From the NCBI RefSeq assembly GCF_009914755.1, contig NC_060926.1: DNA of 64,000 nt; one strand, given 5' to 3'. Numbering within the stretch: the stretch's first letter is position 1; each line of letters starts with the position of its first letter. This DNA is from the human T2T-CHM13v2.0 reference genome, Homo sapiens. Positions 36,752-53,792 of this stretch are shown here, piece after piece. A program made the translations under genes and the position numbers. The notes under the pieces were generated by a model that saw only the letters and a program-made list of their open reading frames with translations, was not told where the DNA came from and searched no databases.

Positions 36752-37772
36752 ATGGGGAAAAAACAAACAGAAAAACTGGAAACTCTAAAAAGCAGAGCAG
36801 CTCTCCTCCTCCAAAGCAATGCAGTTCCTCACCAGCAACAGAACAAAGCTGGACGGAGAATGACTTTGACAAGCTGAGAGAAGAAGGCTTCAGATGATCA
36901 AATTACTCTGAGCTACAGGAGGACATTCAAACCAAAGGCAAAGAAGTTGAAAACTCTGAAAAAAATTCAGAAGAATGTATATCTAGAATAACCAATACAG
37001 AGAAGTGCTTAAAGGAGCTGATGGAGCTGAAAACCAAGGCTCGAGAACTACGTGAAGAATGCAGAAGCCTCAGGAGCTGATGCAATCAACTGGAAGAAAG
37101 GGAATCAGTGATGGAAGATGAAGTGAATGAAATGAAGCGAGAAGGGAAGTTTAGAGAAAAGAGAATAAAAAGAAATGAGCAAAGCCTCCAAGAAATATGG
37201 GACTATGTGAAAAGACCAAATCTATGTCTGATTGGTGTAGCTGAAAGTGTTGGGGAGAATGGAACCAAGTTGGAAAACACTCTGCAGGATATTATACAGG
37301 AGAACTTCCCCAATCTAGCAAGGCAGGCCAACGTTCAGATTCAGGAAATACAGAGAACACCACAAAGATACTCCTCGAGAAGAGCAACTCCAAGACACAT
37401 AATTGTCAGATTCACCAAAGTTGAAATGAAGGAAAAAATGTTAAGGGCAGCTAGAGAGAAAGGTCCGGTTACCCTCAAAAGGAAGCCCATCAGACTAACA
37501 GCGGATCTCTCGGCAGAAACCCTACAAGCCAGAATAGAGTGGGGACCAATATTCAACATTCTTAAAGAAAAGAATTTTCAACCCAGAATTTCCTATCTAG
37601 CCAAACTAAGCTAAGCTTCATAAGTGAAGGAGAAATAAAATACTTTACAGACAAGCAAATGCTGAGAGATTTTGTCACCACCAGGCCTGCCCTAAAAGAG
37701 CTCCTGAAGGAAGCACTACACATGGAAAGGAACAACCGGTACCAGCCGCTGCAAAATCATGCCACAATGTAA
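36752..37772 (+). pseudogene. L1 ORF1p, disrupted (early 1-bp deletion, CGA>TGA stops, late duplication frameshift)
   Basis: atggggaaaaaacaaac start; ORF 37108-37614 = KRNEQSLQEIWDYVKRPNL...RHIIVRFTKVEMKEKMLRAAREKG. Confidence 0.95.
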
Positions 37773-37835
37773 AGACCATCGAGACTAGGAAGAAACTGCA
37801 TCAACTAAAGAGCAAAATAACCAGCTAACATCATA

Positions 37836-41662
<3,827 letters not shown>

Positions 41663-44269
41663 ACAAGGAGATCACATGGACACAGGAAGGGGAACATCAC
41701 ACTCTGGGTCCTGTTGTGGGGTGGGGGGAGGGGGAGGGATAGCATTGGGAGATATACCTAATGCTAGACGACAAGTTAGTAGGTGCAGCGCACCAGCATG
41801 GCACATGTATACATATGTAACTAACCTGCACAATGTGCACATGTACTCTAAAACTTAAAGTATAATAATAAAAGGAAAAAAAAAACTTAAAAAAAATTGT
41901 TAGTACCCTAAGGATAGAATACTATAAATTGTGCTTCTATTAAAAATAATACCCACATTACTCCTAATATTATTCCAGAATTAGTTCATGCAATAGGAAG
42001 AAATAATAGCACTAATATTTAAAAGGCTATACCAAAGAGCCTGCAAAGATATTCAGATAAAATATACATAAATACATATGTACACACAATAACATACATA
42101 CATATCTATATATACATACATCTATACATGTGTCAGAAAGCTATAACTACTTTAAAATTTTAGTAAATATTTAGTAAAAAAAGTAAAACACTATTTGTGT
42201 TTCTTTAGGGGAGTGGGCAACATTTCTAGTCTATAATAATCTAGACTAGAGTTTCTCATATGGTGACAATCTGTTACACTATGTATTACATTCTGCTTAA
42301 TGTTACATAAATGATACTCAGAAATATTTGATTCTCTTTACTAGTAAATGTTTTCAGAATATTGATTTATAATATGATATATTCATTCATTACCATTTTA
42401 TTGTACTTATCTTTTGTTATAAGTATAAATTAAGTTCAAAATACACATTAGGTTGTGCTACATCGTTGTTATTTTGTGTATTTTTAGAATAATCTGTTTT
42501 CTAAAAATTTACATGAAGTAAGTGAAACCATTAATTCTGGAGTCCCATTATTTTATAATGTTTTTGTAACTATTTTCAATACTTTTTATTCTTATTTAAA
42601 TTTTTCTTTGTATTTCATACCATTTTTAATTTTTTTGTTTTATAAACTTATTGCACATGCACTACAGGGATTTTAGAAAATATATAAAAATAAAACTAAG
42701 CTTTAAAATTCACTGTAACTGCACAAACAACAAATAAACTCCGTGAACATTTTAGTGTACAGAAAATTTTCCGTGTTCCATCATTCTCCATTTGTCCACC
42801 ATTTTTTTGTCTTGGTAATTTATCTTTCTTCCTTTTCTTTTCACCCTTTGCCTCTGGTGACTTTCTGAACCACTTTTATGGAGTTGATCTCACGTTGCAC
42901 CTAGAAAGCCTATCAATTACATTAAAGTTTTCCTCTGGAAACTGAAGTGGTTCATTTTTAACAATTTAAAGTCTTTTCAATACTAATCTTTTCCTTCCTC
43001 CTCTTTCTGATTTCTATGGTACTTAATACACCACCTCCTAATTTCTGTATTTGAACAAGGTAAAATAAATCTGGACCAAGCACTGCCAAAACAGGTGTGT
43101 GACTTGAACATTGACTTGTCTCTGTTCATGTGAGTGACAGTAGTGCTTTTGTTTACATTGCATTTTTTATTAAAGAGAACAAAATAATTTGTAAAGGTAA
43201 GTTACCAGATTTGGCAGAATGACTAAAAGACTAAATCATTGCTTTGTTAACAACCTGCTTCTATTAACTGTTATGGAATTCATAAACTTTTGTACTTTGG
43301 AAAATGAAATGCATTAAGTAGATTTCCTGCATGTTTTCATCTAGATGATGACCTTTCTTACTTCTGCTAAGGGAAAGACTTGTTTTCTCAAGAGGTTGAG
43401 AAAGGGACTTTGGCAGAACACAAGGCATTATGGATGTGTTGGGGGAAGGGTTTTAATACCCTCCTCATAGCCATGCATGCACTCACAAACATGTCTTTTT
43501 ATCACAGGCTACAAAGAGACAGGATTGCACCTGTCTCTCTACCCATTAGGGAGGAACTAACTTGTTTTTATTCCTTTCTTTAGCACAAGCAAACTATACT
43601 TACATATACTCAAGCCCTTCTCATTCCAGAACATCACTAGGATTAAAGTTCTAAATGCCTGGCTACATATTCCTTCAGGAACTACTGTCTCCTGCATGCA
43701 TCTTAATTTCCTCAAGTAACTGCAAGAAAAAGGTAGCCGGATAAGAACTTAAGATAGTGGCCTAATATCTTAGTCCAAGCTATACTCTTATTTCTATGCA
43801 AAACCCTCTTTTCACATGACTTGCATTTCCAGTGATTTTGGTGTACCTTCGGGAAATATATGTGTATGAAGATAATTATCAAGCATGGCTCATAACACAA
43901 AAATTGAGGAGGAACTTTCATTAAATAACCTTTTTTTTCCAATTTATTTAATATTGCCAAGGAACTTTTTGTTGCTAATAGAACTTGACTTGTGTTTGAC
44001 TCGTGTTTCAGGTATTATTAATTACCCAAAAGAATAAAGATAAGGAAAACTACTTTTCACATTTTTCCATAATACATGCACATGATGGATGAAATGAACA
44101 TGTCGTTATTCCTAGGTTCAAAAGGTTTAGACCTGGTTGTTTCTGTTTTTGGGTTTTCATAGATATAGAAATAAATAATGCCACAAATTGTCCTAGTTTT
44201 CTCCATCTTCAAGAATATAAGATATTACCTTTATGTTGATTACATATTACAATATATAATCTTATATTA

Positions 44270-44450
44270 TTAAATGTTTACTATGCATATTAAAACTATA
44301 GTATTGTGGCTATATAGGTTGAATAAAAATTAAATTAAAATTAAAAAGGAATTTTACTTATTTCTCTTATTTTTTAATGTGATCACTAGAAAATTTAAAT
44401 TCATATTTACCTTGCATTTGTGACTCACATATTTTTACTAGACAGCACTG
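44270..44450 (+). mobile_element. MER33/MER3-like fragment
   Basis: ttttttaatgtgatcactagaaaatttaaattcatat...gtgactcacat...tagacagcactg. Confidence 0.65.
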
Positions 44451-44470
44451 TCTTGGATATTGAGATGATA

Positions 44471-44473
<3 letters not shown>

Positions 44474-44504
<31 letters not shown>

Positions 44505-44550
44505 GGGCACTATATATATATATATATATATACACACACATATATACATA
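44474..44550. repeat. Interrupted (TA)n/(CA)n microsatellite
   Basis: Direct reading. Confidence 0.9.
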
Positions 44551-45324
44551 AATGGATGGCTGCAGTATGTGTGTATGTACATTTGCATGGAACACAAAAA
44601 TCTGTAAAGACTTACCTCCCGATGACTCTCGCTAAGTGATGAAATATCTTCATGATGGTCTTAAACAATAAGTTTTGCAGAGATGTATGGAGAAATCTAC
44701 TTGGCTTTGTTTTTTTGTTTTCCTTTGTCTTTCTTTCCTTGACTTCCTCCTAGAAGGAAGAGCCATGTTCATTGCTCCTTATAAAAATGTCATTTCCATT
44801 TTCCCAGGGCTTATTTTAACACTGTGTGACTTGGAATTCGATGGAGTTAACTCCATTCTCCTGATTCTGAGCTTGCATTTGTTTGTGTAGCTTACTACCC
44901 TCATCAGATGCTCTGACTTCCATTCCAGAGCTTGGTGCACAAGAGATCATCACCTCTGATACAAGGTTTGGTGTTCTCTTTTACAGATTCCGTGTATGTG
45001 AAGCAAGCCCTTCCTGAGTCTGCAAGAGACTCAGAGTTTTATCTTGTAGGCAAGAGTTAAATCTTAGAATGCAGAAAAATTTATTTTAAAAACGTATCTT
45101 AATAAAAGCATATATCTCTATTTTATGGGAAATATTTATGGGAAATTTTATGGAAGGGAAACATTTCCCTTCCAATAATTAAAGTTATACAATAAATGTG
45201 AAATACTTTTTTTCACAATACCTGGGCTCCTCTTCATAAAAATGCTTTACTTATTATCTTATAAATATTCTCTCTGTATCACAGGGGCCTTAGTTTAAGG
45301 AAGGCAACTTCTTTTAGCAATATT

Positions 45325-45550
45325 AAGATATTGACTCTGGAATCAGTCAGGGAATGAAAAATGGAGTTATGCATATTTAATCTACTCAGCAAGGATTTGG
45401 GGCTGCCTCTGAGAATAACAGAGAAAATTAATAACTCCCCATCCTCCTTCACAAGGATATTTATGAGGACAAAATTACATCAAAACATATGGGGAAGCAT
45501 TTAGAAATTGTAACAGGATATAAAATGTAGGGCACTTTATGATTGATAAT
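45325..45550 (+). mobile_element. MIR fragment
   Basis: gactctggaatcag...cttcacaaggat..ttatgaggacaaaatta...gaagcatttagaa. Confidence 0.45.
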
Positions 45551-45942
45551 TATATTATTTAAACTTTAGAAGAAATATTCATTTGACTTTTGTGAGTTTA
45601 ACATTTCCTTTCTGCCATCAGGGCCAATTCCTTTTTTTTCTCTAAATAAAAAAATCTATTTCACATCAATAATAGAATGTATATTTTCCTATTTTTTTTA
45701 ACCTTTCAAAAATTCTACTTTATCTTGAATAGTGTTTAGCCTTGACCACCTTTCCTTAACAGTCTGTGCCAACGGGCCCCTTCTATGTCATCCCTCTCAG
45801 CAAAATAAATAATGTAAAGAATACAGCTTCTTTCAGAGGTATAGAAGAAAAGAACAAACTAGGGAGAAAAAAGATTTTAAAAATTTTTCCCAAAACGGCC
45901 AGTGTATATAGTCTTGTAAAATATAATATACTCATTAGGTTA

Positions 45943-46320
45943 CAGTGTCCCTTTGTATGCATGGGGGATTGTTTCCAGGACCTCCTGAAGATGCCAAAAT
46001 CTGCAGATGTTCAAGTCTCCCATTTAAAATAGCACAGTACTTGCATGTAACCTGTGCACATTCTCCTGTATACTTTAAATAATCTCTAGTGAGTTACATC
46101 CTCACCTTTAAATCATTACTTATAATCACTTAGATTATTGCTTATAATACCTAATGCAATGTAAATGCTATGTAAATAGTTGTTGTATTGTTTGGGGAAT
46201 AATGACAAGAAAAACATCTGTACATGTTCAAGGCAGACAAAATTATTTTTTTCTACATATTTTTGATTCATGTTTATTAAATCTATGGACACAGAAGCCA
46301 TGGATACGGACAGTTGACTG
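45943..46320 (+). mobile_element. MER2 (TcMar-Tigger) DNA transposon with TA TSDs
   Basis: TA|cagtgtccct..catgggggattgtttccaggacc...ccatggatacgga..gttgactg|TA. Confidence 0.9.
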
Positions 46321-46421
46321 TACTCATTTTATTTATACTCAAGTGCTTAAAGATGATGGAGTTCTTTTTAGACTAGGCAGTATCCAGAACATTTTAAGAA
46401 ACAGAAAAGAGAGAGAAGGAA

Positions 46422-46423
<2 letters not shown>

Positions 46424-46456
<33 letters not shown>

Positions 46457-46565
46457 AGAAGAAGAAGAAGAAGAAGAAGAAGAAGAAGAAGAAGAAGAAG
46501 AAGAAGAAGAGGAGGAGGAGGAGGAGGAGGAGGAGGAGAAAGAACAAGAAGAAGAAAGGAAGGAT
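46424..46565. repeat. Compound polypurine microsatellite (GA)n-(GAA)18-(GGA)9
   Basis: Direct reading; 46424-46544 contains only purines. Confidence 0.97.
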
Positions 46566-47062
46566 AAATTAGGCCCTGAGTTGAAGTATTTAGTAAGGAA
46601 TCAATTGAAACTTTAATTTCAGCTGAAAAATTGTCTACTGTATTGAAGGAGTCTCTAGTTTTTAATTTGAAGATTGGAATCATTCTGGGAAAATATTCTC
46701 ACTTATTTCTGGGACAGACAACATCAGAGTGGACTTTTCAAGTCATAAAGATGGATGACAAGACCTACTCATAGTTGTTCTTATTGCACCTGTGAATAGC
46801 AAAATAACTGAGACAGGTATTTCAGGCTGAAATGCTACCTTTATTTCTGATAAGAAAATAATGTGTGCTCCGTGAGAATGCTTTTCTCCCTAAGGCTGCC
46901 AAGTAGGCAAAAATAATTGTTTATTTTGTGTTGTTGCATAATAATTGTGATATGAGTATGTAAAGTAGCCAAGGAAGGGATCATGAACTCAAAGGGGCTG
47001 CCATCTCTTAGAAAATCCACTTTCAATAATTATACTCATCTAGCCAGTGTGTACTGAATTTT

Positions 47063-47380
47063 TTTCTTTCTTTTTTTTTTTTTTAAACAGAGTCTCACTC
47101 TGTTGCCCAGGCTAGAGTCCAGTGACATAATCTCAGCTCACTACAACCTCCACCTCCTGGGTTCAAGCAATTCTCCTGCCTCAGCCTCCTGAGTATCTGG
47201 GACTATAGGCACCCACCCCAAAGCGTGGCTTATTTTTTTATTTTTATTTTTTGTATTTTTGGTAGAGGCAGGGTTTCACAATGTTGGCCAGGCTGGTCTC
47301 AAACTCCTGACCTCAGGTGATCCTCCCACCTTGGCCTCCCAAAGTGCTGGGATTACAGGTGTGAGCCACTGCACCCGGCC
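47063..47380 (-). mobile_element. AluS (Sx/Sz-like)
   Basis: Poly(T)...acagagtctcactctgttgcccagg...cccggcc; TSD tgaattt. Confidence 0.95.
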
Positions 47381-48006
47381 TGAATTTCTTTTTATGCAAT
47401 GAATTCACCAAGATCTTCAGATTTTAGTTGGATTATGGTCAGATATGAAGAGCATTCAACTTTTTCCCAGAGCAAAGGATGCATGTAATACTTTTCTGTT
47501 ATTACTGCACACCATCAGTGTCCAGTTGAGTGACAATATCACAAAAGTCTTCTGTAGCAGAAGGTTACAAAAAACAGGACCAAAAGAGAAGGGTCTAAGG
47601 ATTTCGTCTGTGGCTACATAATATAATCATTAAGCTGCTGACACTACAATCAAATGTGCAAAAATGTGTAACGTTTTTGTCATTTCTTTATCATTTTTAT
47701 GAGCTCCCACCCTTCTTGGGTAGCAGGTACACTTAGACTTGTCAGTGAACAGTATCTCATTTATTTCTAGTTTGATCAGTTTTACTTCAGCTTAAATGTT
47801 AATTTGATCCAAAGTTCTTCTCTTTAGGACTGGTTGAAATCCCATTTGATGAATTCTGTCTTGGAGCTCTTCAGGTTTGAGTTCTCTTTCCCAAGCTCTT
47901 CCATTTTCCAGGATTCTCCTATTTATATGATGGCTGTGTGGATGAGGATCTTACTGTGTTTTAATTGTAATGGTGAAAAACTGTCCTGAGCTGGGACCGG
48001 AGTGAT

Positions 48007-49364
48007 TCAAGCTTGTTTATTTGCTTAGGAATAATTGACTAGGTTATCTCCTAAACTGATAGGGAGTTAGGATAAATATTCCCAGTGCAAGGTACTATTT
48101 GTTTTGGTACTTATTTTTTTGCTAATTTGTTTATTTCTGCCATTCTTCTCCTCCCGCCTTACTTCCTTCCCATTGCTTAAACACAAACACACCACACACA
48201 CACACACACACACCTACCTTTATATGCCAGCTTATCTCTGCAAGGGGGATAATTAATCATTAAACTAGTGATTGTGAAACTACCTTTGCAAAATGATGAC
48301 AATAAGATAAATCTGACATAGTTGACTCCATCTTGCTTCTGATCTCCAAGCTGTCCTTGGCCATTCTTGAGAGCAGGCCAAGGTAAGTTTGGGAGAAATT
48401 CAGTTTATAGTTTAACTTTTAAACAAGAATGATATTTGTCCCTCTTTAAAACTGATCCCTTCCCTGTTTGGGGGCTGAAATCACCTTTGTAAGACTAATG
48501 AGTGGTCACAAGGTAAGTGTAGTTTCTATAATCCCTTACTGCTCAGGAGTCATGTGGCCAGAGTTCACAAATCTCATGTGGCCAGAGGTCACAAGATTTG
48601 TGACTTTCTCAATTGCATCTACAGATAACATCACTATTGTAGAACCTAAGATTTTTTATATATATATATATTTTTCAGACTGACCTCATCCAGACCCAAG
48701 ACTCATGACTCAACTGGTCCTGTGACCCCACCCAGAGACAGACTCAGTGACTGAGGACTGTTTTCCACACCCCCTATGATTTCATTCCCAACAAATCAGC
48801 ACCACCCATTCTCCAGTCCCCTGCTCATAAAATTGTCCATAAAAACCCTAGCCTCTGAGCCTTCAAGGTGACCGATTTGAGTGACAAATCCAGTTTTCCT
48901 GAGTGGGCTGGCCTCATGTCAATTAAATGCCTTCTGTACTGCAATGCTGCAATCTCAGTGAAGTGATTTTGCCTGTGCAGCGAGCAGGATGAACCCATCA
49001 GGCAATTACAATTGTTTTAATTCAGCTGACTCATTTGGTCCATCAGGACAAAGTTATGGCACCTGATATTGGAATCTATGTTGTATGATTTATGTCAGGC
49101 AGGACAATCAGACCTAAGTGGACCAGAAAGATCTCAGGGGTGCCTAGTATTTTCTTTGCTCAATTCAGTGTGTTATATTTGCTAAAGAATAACTCAAGCT
49201 TGTTTATTTGAATAAATGGCTTAGTTAGCTTCTAAACTGATAATAGGAGTTGTGGTAAATAGTACCATTGCAGGATACCCTTTGTTTAGGTTCTTATTTA
49301 TTTGCTAACTTGTTTAATTTCTACCATTCTACTCTTCTTCTGCCCTGATCTCTTCCCACAGCTT

Positions 49365-49400
<36 letters not shown>

Positions 49401-49420
49401 ACACACATACACACACACAC
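48007..49420. repeat. Diverged ~210 bp direct duplication (48007-48213 and 49194-49420), each copy ending in (CA)n
   Basis: Shared colinear blocks tcaagcttgtttatttg, ctaaactgata, ggagtt, taaata, tttgtt, tttgctaa, ccattct, ttccca, gcttaaacac. Confidence 0.88.
48275..49010 (+). mobile_element. LTR8-family (ERV1) solo LTR
   Basis: tgaaactacctttgcaaaa...gactccatcttgcttct..ctccaagctgtccttg...ggcaattaca; perfect 4-bp TSD attg. Confidence 0.9.
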
Positions 49421-49422
49421 AA

Positions 49423-49550
49423 ATATAAGATCTATAAAACCCGTGAGAACAGGAACTTATTTATTCATGGCTGTATTTTTACACTTAGAGAATTGCCTGG
49501 TACACAGGAAAAGTCAATAAATATTTGTTGCATTCATGCATGTATGAATC
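49423..49550 (+). mobile_element. L2 3' end
   Basis: tgcctggtacacagga..agtcaataaatatttgttgcattcatgcatg. Confidence 0.7.
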
Positions 49551-49614
49551 TTCATTTATACAAGCCAAGAAAACTTCTCCATGAGAAATGGTTTGATTGA
49601 TTAGGAAACATTTA

Positions 49615-49785
49615 TCACGTTCATACCCAAAGTGCAGCCTGTGAACTAGAAGCATCCACATCACTTGACAGGTAATTAAAAATACATAATCTTGGGTCCC
49701 ACCCCAGAATTTAGGAAATATAACCTGCATTTCAACAAGTCCCCCAAGTGCTTTCTATTGCTTATGACAGTTTGAGATGTCCAAT
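49615..49785. mobile_element. MER5A (hAT-Charlie)
   Basis: caaagtg...gcatccacatcac...tcttgggtcccaccccaga...ctgcatttcaacaagtccccca...agtttgaga. Confidence 0.75.
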
Positions 49786-49954
49786 CTTTTGTTAGGTATT
49801 CCTACATGTTTCCATACTCTCACCTTCACCATAATTACTCAAGGCAAACTTTTCCACTGAATCTCATTCAATCAAGGAATGCATCAAGACACTCACTAAC
49901 AATCGACACATAGCATTGCCCAAACAACTGGAATTTACATATGGAAGGTTATAG

Positions 49955-50302
<348 letters not shown>

Positions 50303-51045
50303 CTTTCTTATCTTTTAAATGTGAGAAATTTGTAAAACTGTGGCAGTTGAAAAACTTAGATACAACTATCAATTAATAAAGGAGTACTTATAGAATGCTA
50401 AATAAGTGATTAGCTCTGAATTATGCAGTTTAGAAGATAACAATTTAGCTTAAAGAATAATCTCTTGAGTTTACAATTTTGTACATAAGCCAAAAGAAAA
50501 AAAAAGAAGCAGAAATGCAAGAATTAGAAACTAAATAATTCTGTAATACTGATTACTAAGCAGGCATAGAAAATCGTATTTTTAAGTCTTATAACTGGTA
50601 TCGTAGTAATTATCTAAGGTAAATACACAAAGGAACATGGAATAAAATAATAGTTTAATCTTCAATATATAAAACTGGTGCTCAAGGAGAATAAAATACT
50701 TAGCTGAAAGGGTAAGGAAGAATAGTATTGAACAATTTTTGTGTCATCTCTTCCTAAAAGTCAAAAACATATTGAAATAAATAGAAAGGTAAGAGGAACT
50801 GGCACCATCCTAATAAGAGAGACAACATCTCAAGTGTCTGCTGGTCATTGTCCTTTTGATACTATGGGCCACTCAGTATACTTTCAACAAAATCTTTTGT
50901 TTTTCATCAGTTAACTAGATTTGGGTTTTGTTACTTACAAATAAATGTCTTTGATTAAAAAGTAGTATGTAGGCAAAAGACTTTAAGTGTAGGATATAAT
51001 TCATAATTATTAGAAAGAAATAGGATTATTTGAATAATATAAAAT

Positions 51046-51144
51046 ATGCTATCCCATAGTGAATATATATACAAATCTTGGTGCATTCAGACTGTTCGCT
51101 TGTATTCAGTACGATTTGTATATATATTCTCTATGGGATAGCAT
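51046..51144. repeat. Near-perfect inverted repeat (32-bp arms, 35-nt loop)
   Basis: 51046-51077 matches the reverse complement of 51113-51144 at 31/32 positions. Confidence 0.95.
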
Positions 51145-51262
51145 TATACAGGATGTATTGGGAAATTAGGTATTCAAATAATTACAATGATCACTGAGAA
51201 TGAAGACTGTGATTAATGGATCAATATGGGGATAGATCAATTTAAAGATGAATAATGACAGT

Positions 51263-51725
51263 TGTGATAAAGGCTACTTTTTGTTCCCCTTTATCCATGT
51301 GATTCTATCCCTTTAGATAGAGAACCACAAGATTTTGGGGGGTACCTGTTTGCCAACCCAAGACTACATATGCCTGATTACCCGTAGTTAGGTATGATCA
51401 TGTACCTGAGGACCAGCCAATGGAATATAAATGAATGTATTTATAAAAGCTGAGTCACACCATTAATAAAAAGAGGCATGCTCTTTACTTTTTCTTCCAA
51501 TTTTTCCCATGAGTAGAAAATAATCTTGTTGAAAGGTGCTGAAGTAACAATTTTAGGCCACAATATGGAATCCAAGAGTTTAGGATGTCATATCCACACT
51601 GAGAATGTTCATAGCAGCCCTAGGCTACTTATATTTGGACCACAGTGTGAGCAAACATTAAAATTTTATCTTGCTCAACCATTGCCATTTTGGCCTTTGT
51701 TGGGAAACTTGATCATTATCTTTCC
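51263..51725 (+). mobile_element. Old MLT1-type MaLR LTR
   Basis: agactacat..cc...agttaggtatgatcatgt...gccaatggaatataa...ttttatcttgctcaaccattg. Confidence 0.55.
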
Positions 51726-53441
51726 TATTACACCAAAGGAGAACACTGCTTATAGCAGCATGAAGAGTGAGAGACTGACAAGCACTAACTTAAATTCTTG
51801 CTTCAAGGAATAAAGGAAAATGCAAGGACTTTAAGCAGAAAAAATACCTTAGTGCATAATCCTGTAGAGAACTTTAATCTCAACAAGTGATTTCACAGAA
51901 TTGGGGATATTAAACAAGAGTTGAATACATACTCTTGCAAGGCTTTTTTATTTTCTTTTTTTTTTTTTTTTTTTGCTGAAACTTAGGTTATAAACAGAAT
52001 GATCAGAATCTTAACAATAAGAATAGAATTTCTGAGTACTCAGAGATCCTGAACAATTTGACCTCCCAAAACTTAGGGAAAAAAGTGGAGATACAATATT
52101 ATTTGCCTGAAATATTTGTTAATTAAAAAAGTAAAAAGTTAGAAACCTAATATTTCCCTTCATTAACTCAATTTTTAAAAAATTAAAAAATGATGTGAAA
52201 GTTCGCTAACTAGAAGTAGCTGGTTTGTGCCACTCTTCTGGAGAGAAGAAAGAGTTGCGAGTAAACACAAGCTCTTCAACTAGACCATGCAAGTGGACAC
52301 ATTGGGATTCACCAAGGAAGCAATACAACCTAGGAGAATGGAGAGGAGTGAGACAGAACAGCTGCCCACCAGGAAGTGTCACGGAGCCATGGCAGGACCC
52401 CCATCTTGGGGAAGCAGTAAGTGAGTGAGAGTCTCCGGGACCCCACCCTCAGTCCTTTGCAACCCTGGGCTCAAGAGATTCACCATGACCTACCCTCAAC
52501 CAGGGCCTCCAGACTAACATAAGAGAGCTATGTGGAGGCTGGGCAGAGCTGCCACTTAGGCACACACAGAGTTCTGGGAGCCCTGGGTTGCCAGTACCCT
52601 GGCACCAGGCTAGCCTCCCTGGTACACCCTTAACATAGGGGCTGAATCCATGAGGTTAATCAGAGGACAAACTGCAGGCCTCACCGCCACTGCATCTTGA
52701 GAGACAAGGCCCACTAGGCTGGGACCGTAGCATGGCCACCCCAATTCTGCCTGAGCTCTGGGGCCAGAAGCAGCTGTGCTCTTCTCTGGGATGAGTTCCC
52801 AGAGGGAGCAGACAGGATGCCATTTTTACTGTTCCACAGCCATCACTCAGGTTGCCCACAGGCTCTGGAGGAGGCACCGTGATTAGGGACTAATGTGGAT
52901 CCCTGGCACAGCACAGCTGCCTTATGAAAAAGAAGCCAGACTATTTTCCACACGTGTCCCTGACCCTGCTGTGACTTACTGGGCAGGGCCTCCCAACCTA
53001 GGACCCCAGCCATCACTTGCCTGGAGTCTCAGGCTAGTAGCATCCCTGCATTTCCCAGAGATGGAGCTCCCAGAAGGAGCAGGCAGGCTGCCATTTTCAT
53101 TGCTCTGCAGCCATTGCTCCTGTTGCCCTCAGGCTCTGGAGAGAGCAGCGTAATTAGGGACTAATGTGGGCCCCCAGCACAAAACAACTGTCTTAGGGAA
53201 AAGTGGCCAGATGGTTCTCCATGCAAGTCCCCATCCTTGCTTCTCCTCACTGGGCAGTGCCTCTCAACATGGGCCCCCAGTACAAACACCCTGCCTCACC
53301 TGAACACCTCAGACTGGGGAAGAAACAAGGAACCTGAGCGCTTTGCTCGTGCTTCCAGCATACCACAGTTACCATACAGAGAGGAGCCCTGTCTCTCCTT
53401 TCTGTGAGCCCCCAAACTCCCATTCTTCACTAAGTAGGGTC

Positions 53442-53792
53442 TTTATCAGCTTGTTCTCATGCTGCTAATAAAGACATATCCAAGGCTGAGTAATTTTTAA
53501 AGGAAAAGAGGTTTAATGGACTCACAGTTCCACGTGGCTGGGGAGGCTTCACAATCATGGCAGAAGGTGAAAGGCACATCTTACATGGCAGCAGGCAAGA
53601 GAGAAATGAGAGCCAAGTGAAAGGGGGAACCCTTTATAAAACCGTTAGATATCATGAGACGTATTCATTGCTATGAGAAAGTATGAGGGAAACTACCCCC
53701 ATGATTAATTATCTCCCACCGGGTCCTTCCCACAATTATGGGAGCTACAACTCAAGATAAGATTTGGGTGGGGACACAGCCAAATCATATCA
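53442..53792 (-). mobile_element. THE1 solo LTR
   Basis: gctgctaataaagacata...ggactcacagttccacgtggctgggg...gatttgggtggggacacagccaaatcatatca; perfect 5-bp TSD gggtc. Confidence 0.95.

Noticed and set aside
41717-41750. G-quadruplex-forming G-tract
   Set aside because: Standard feature of the L1 3'UTR, not locus-specific
46154-46683. ORFs with poly-Arg/Gly and poly-Leu/Pro
   Set aside because: Translation artefacts of the GA/GAA/GGA microsatellite plus MER2 sequence
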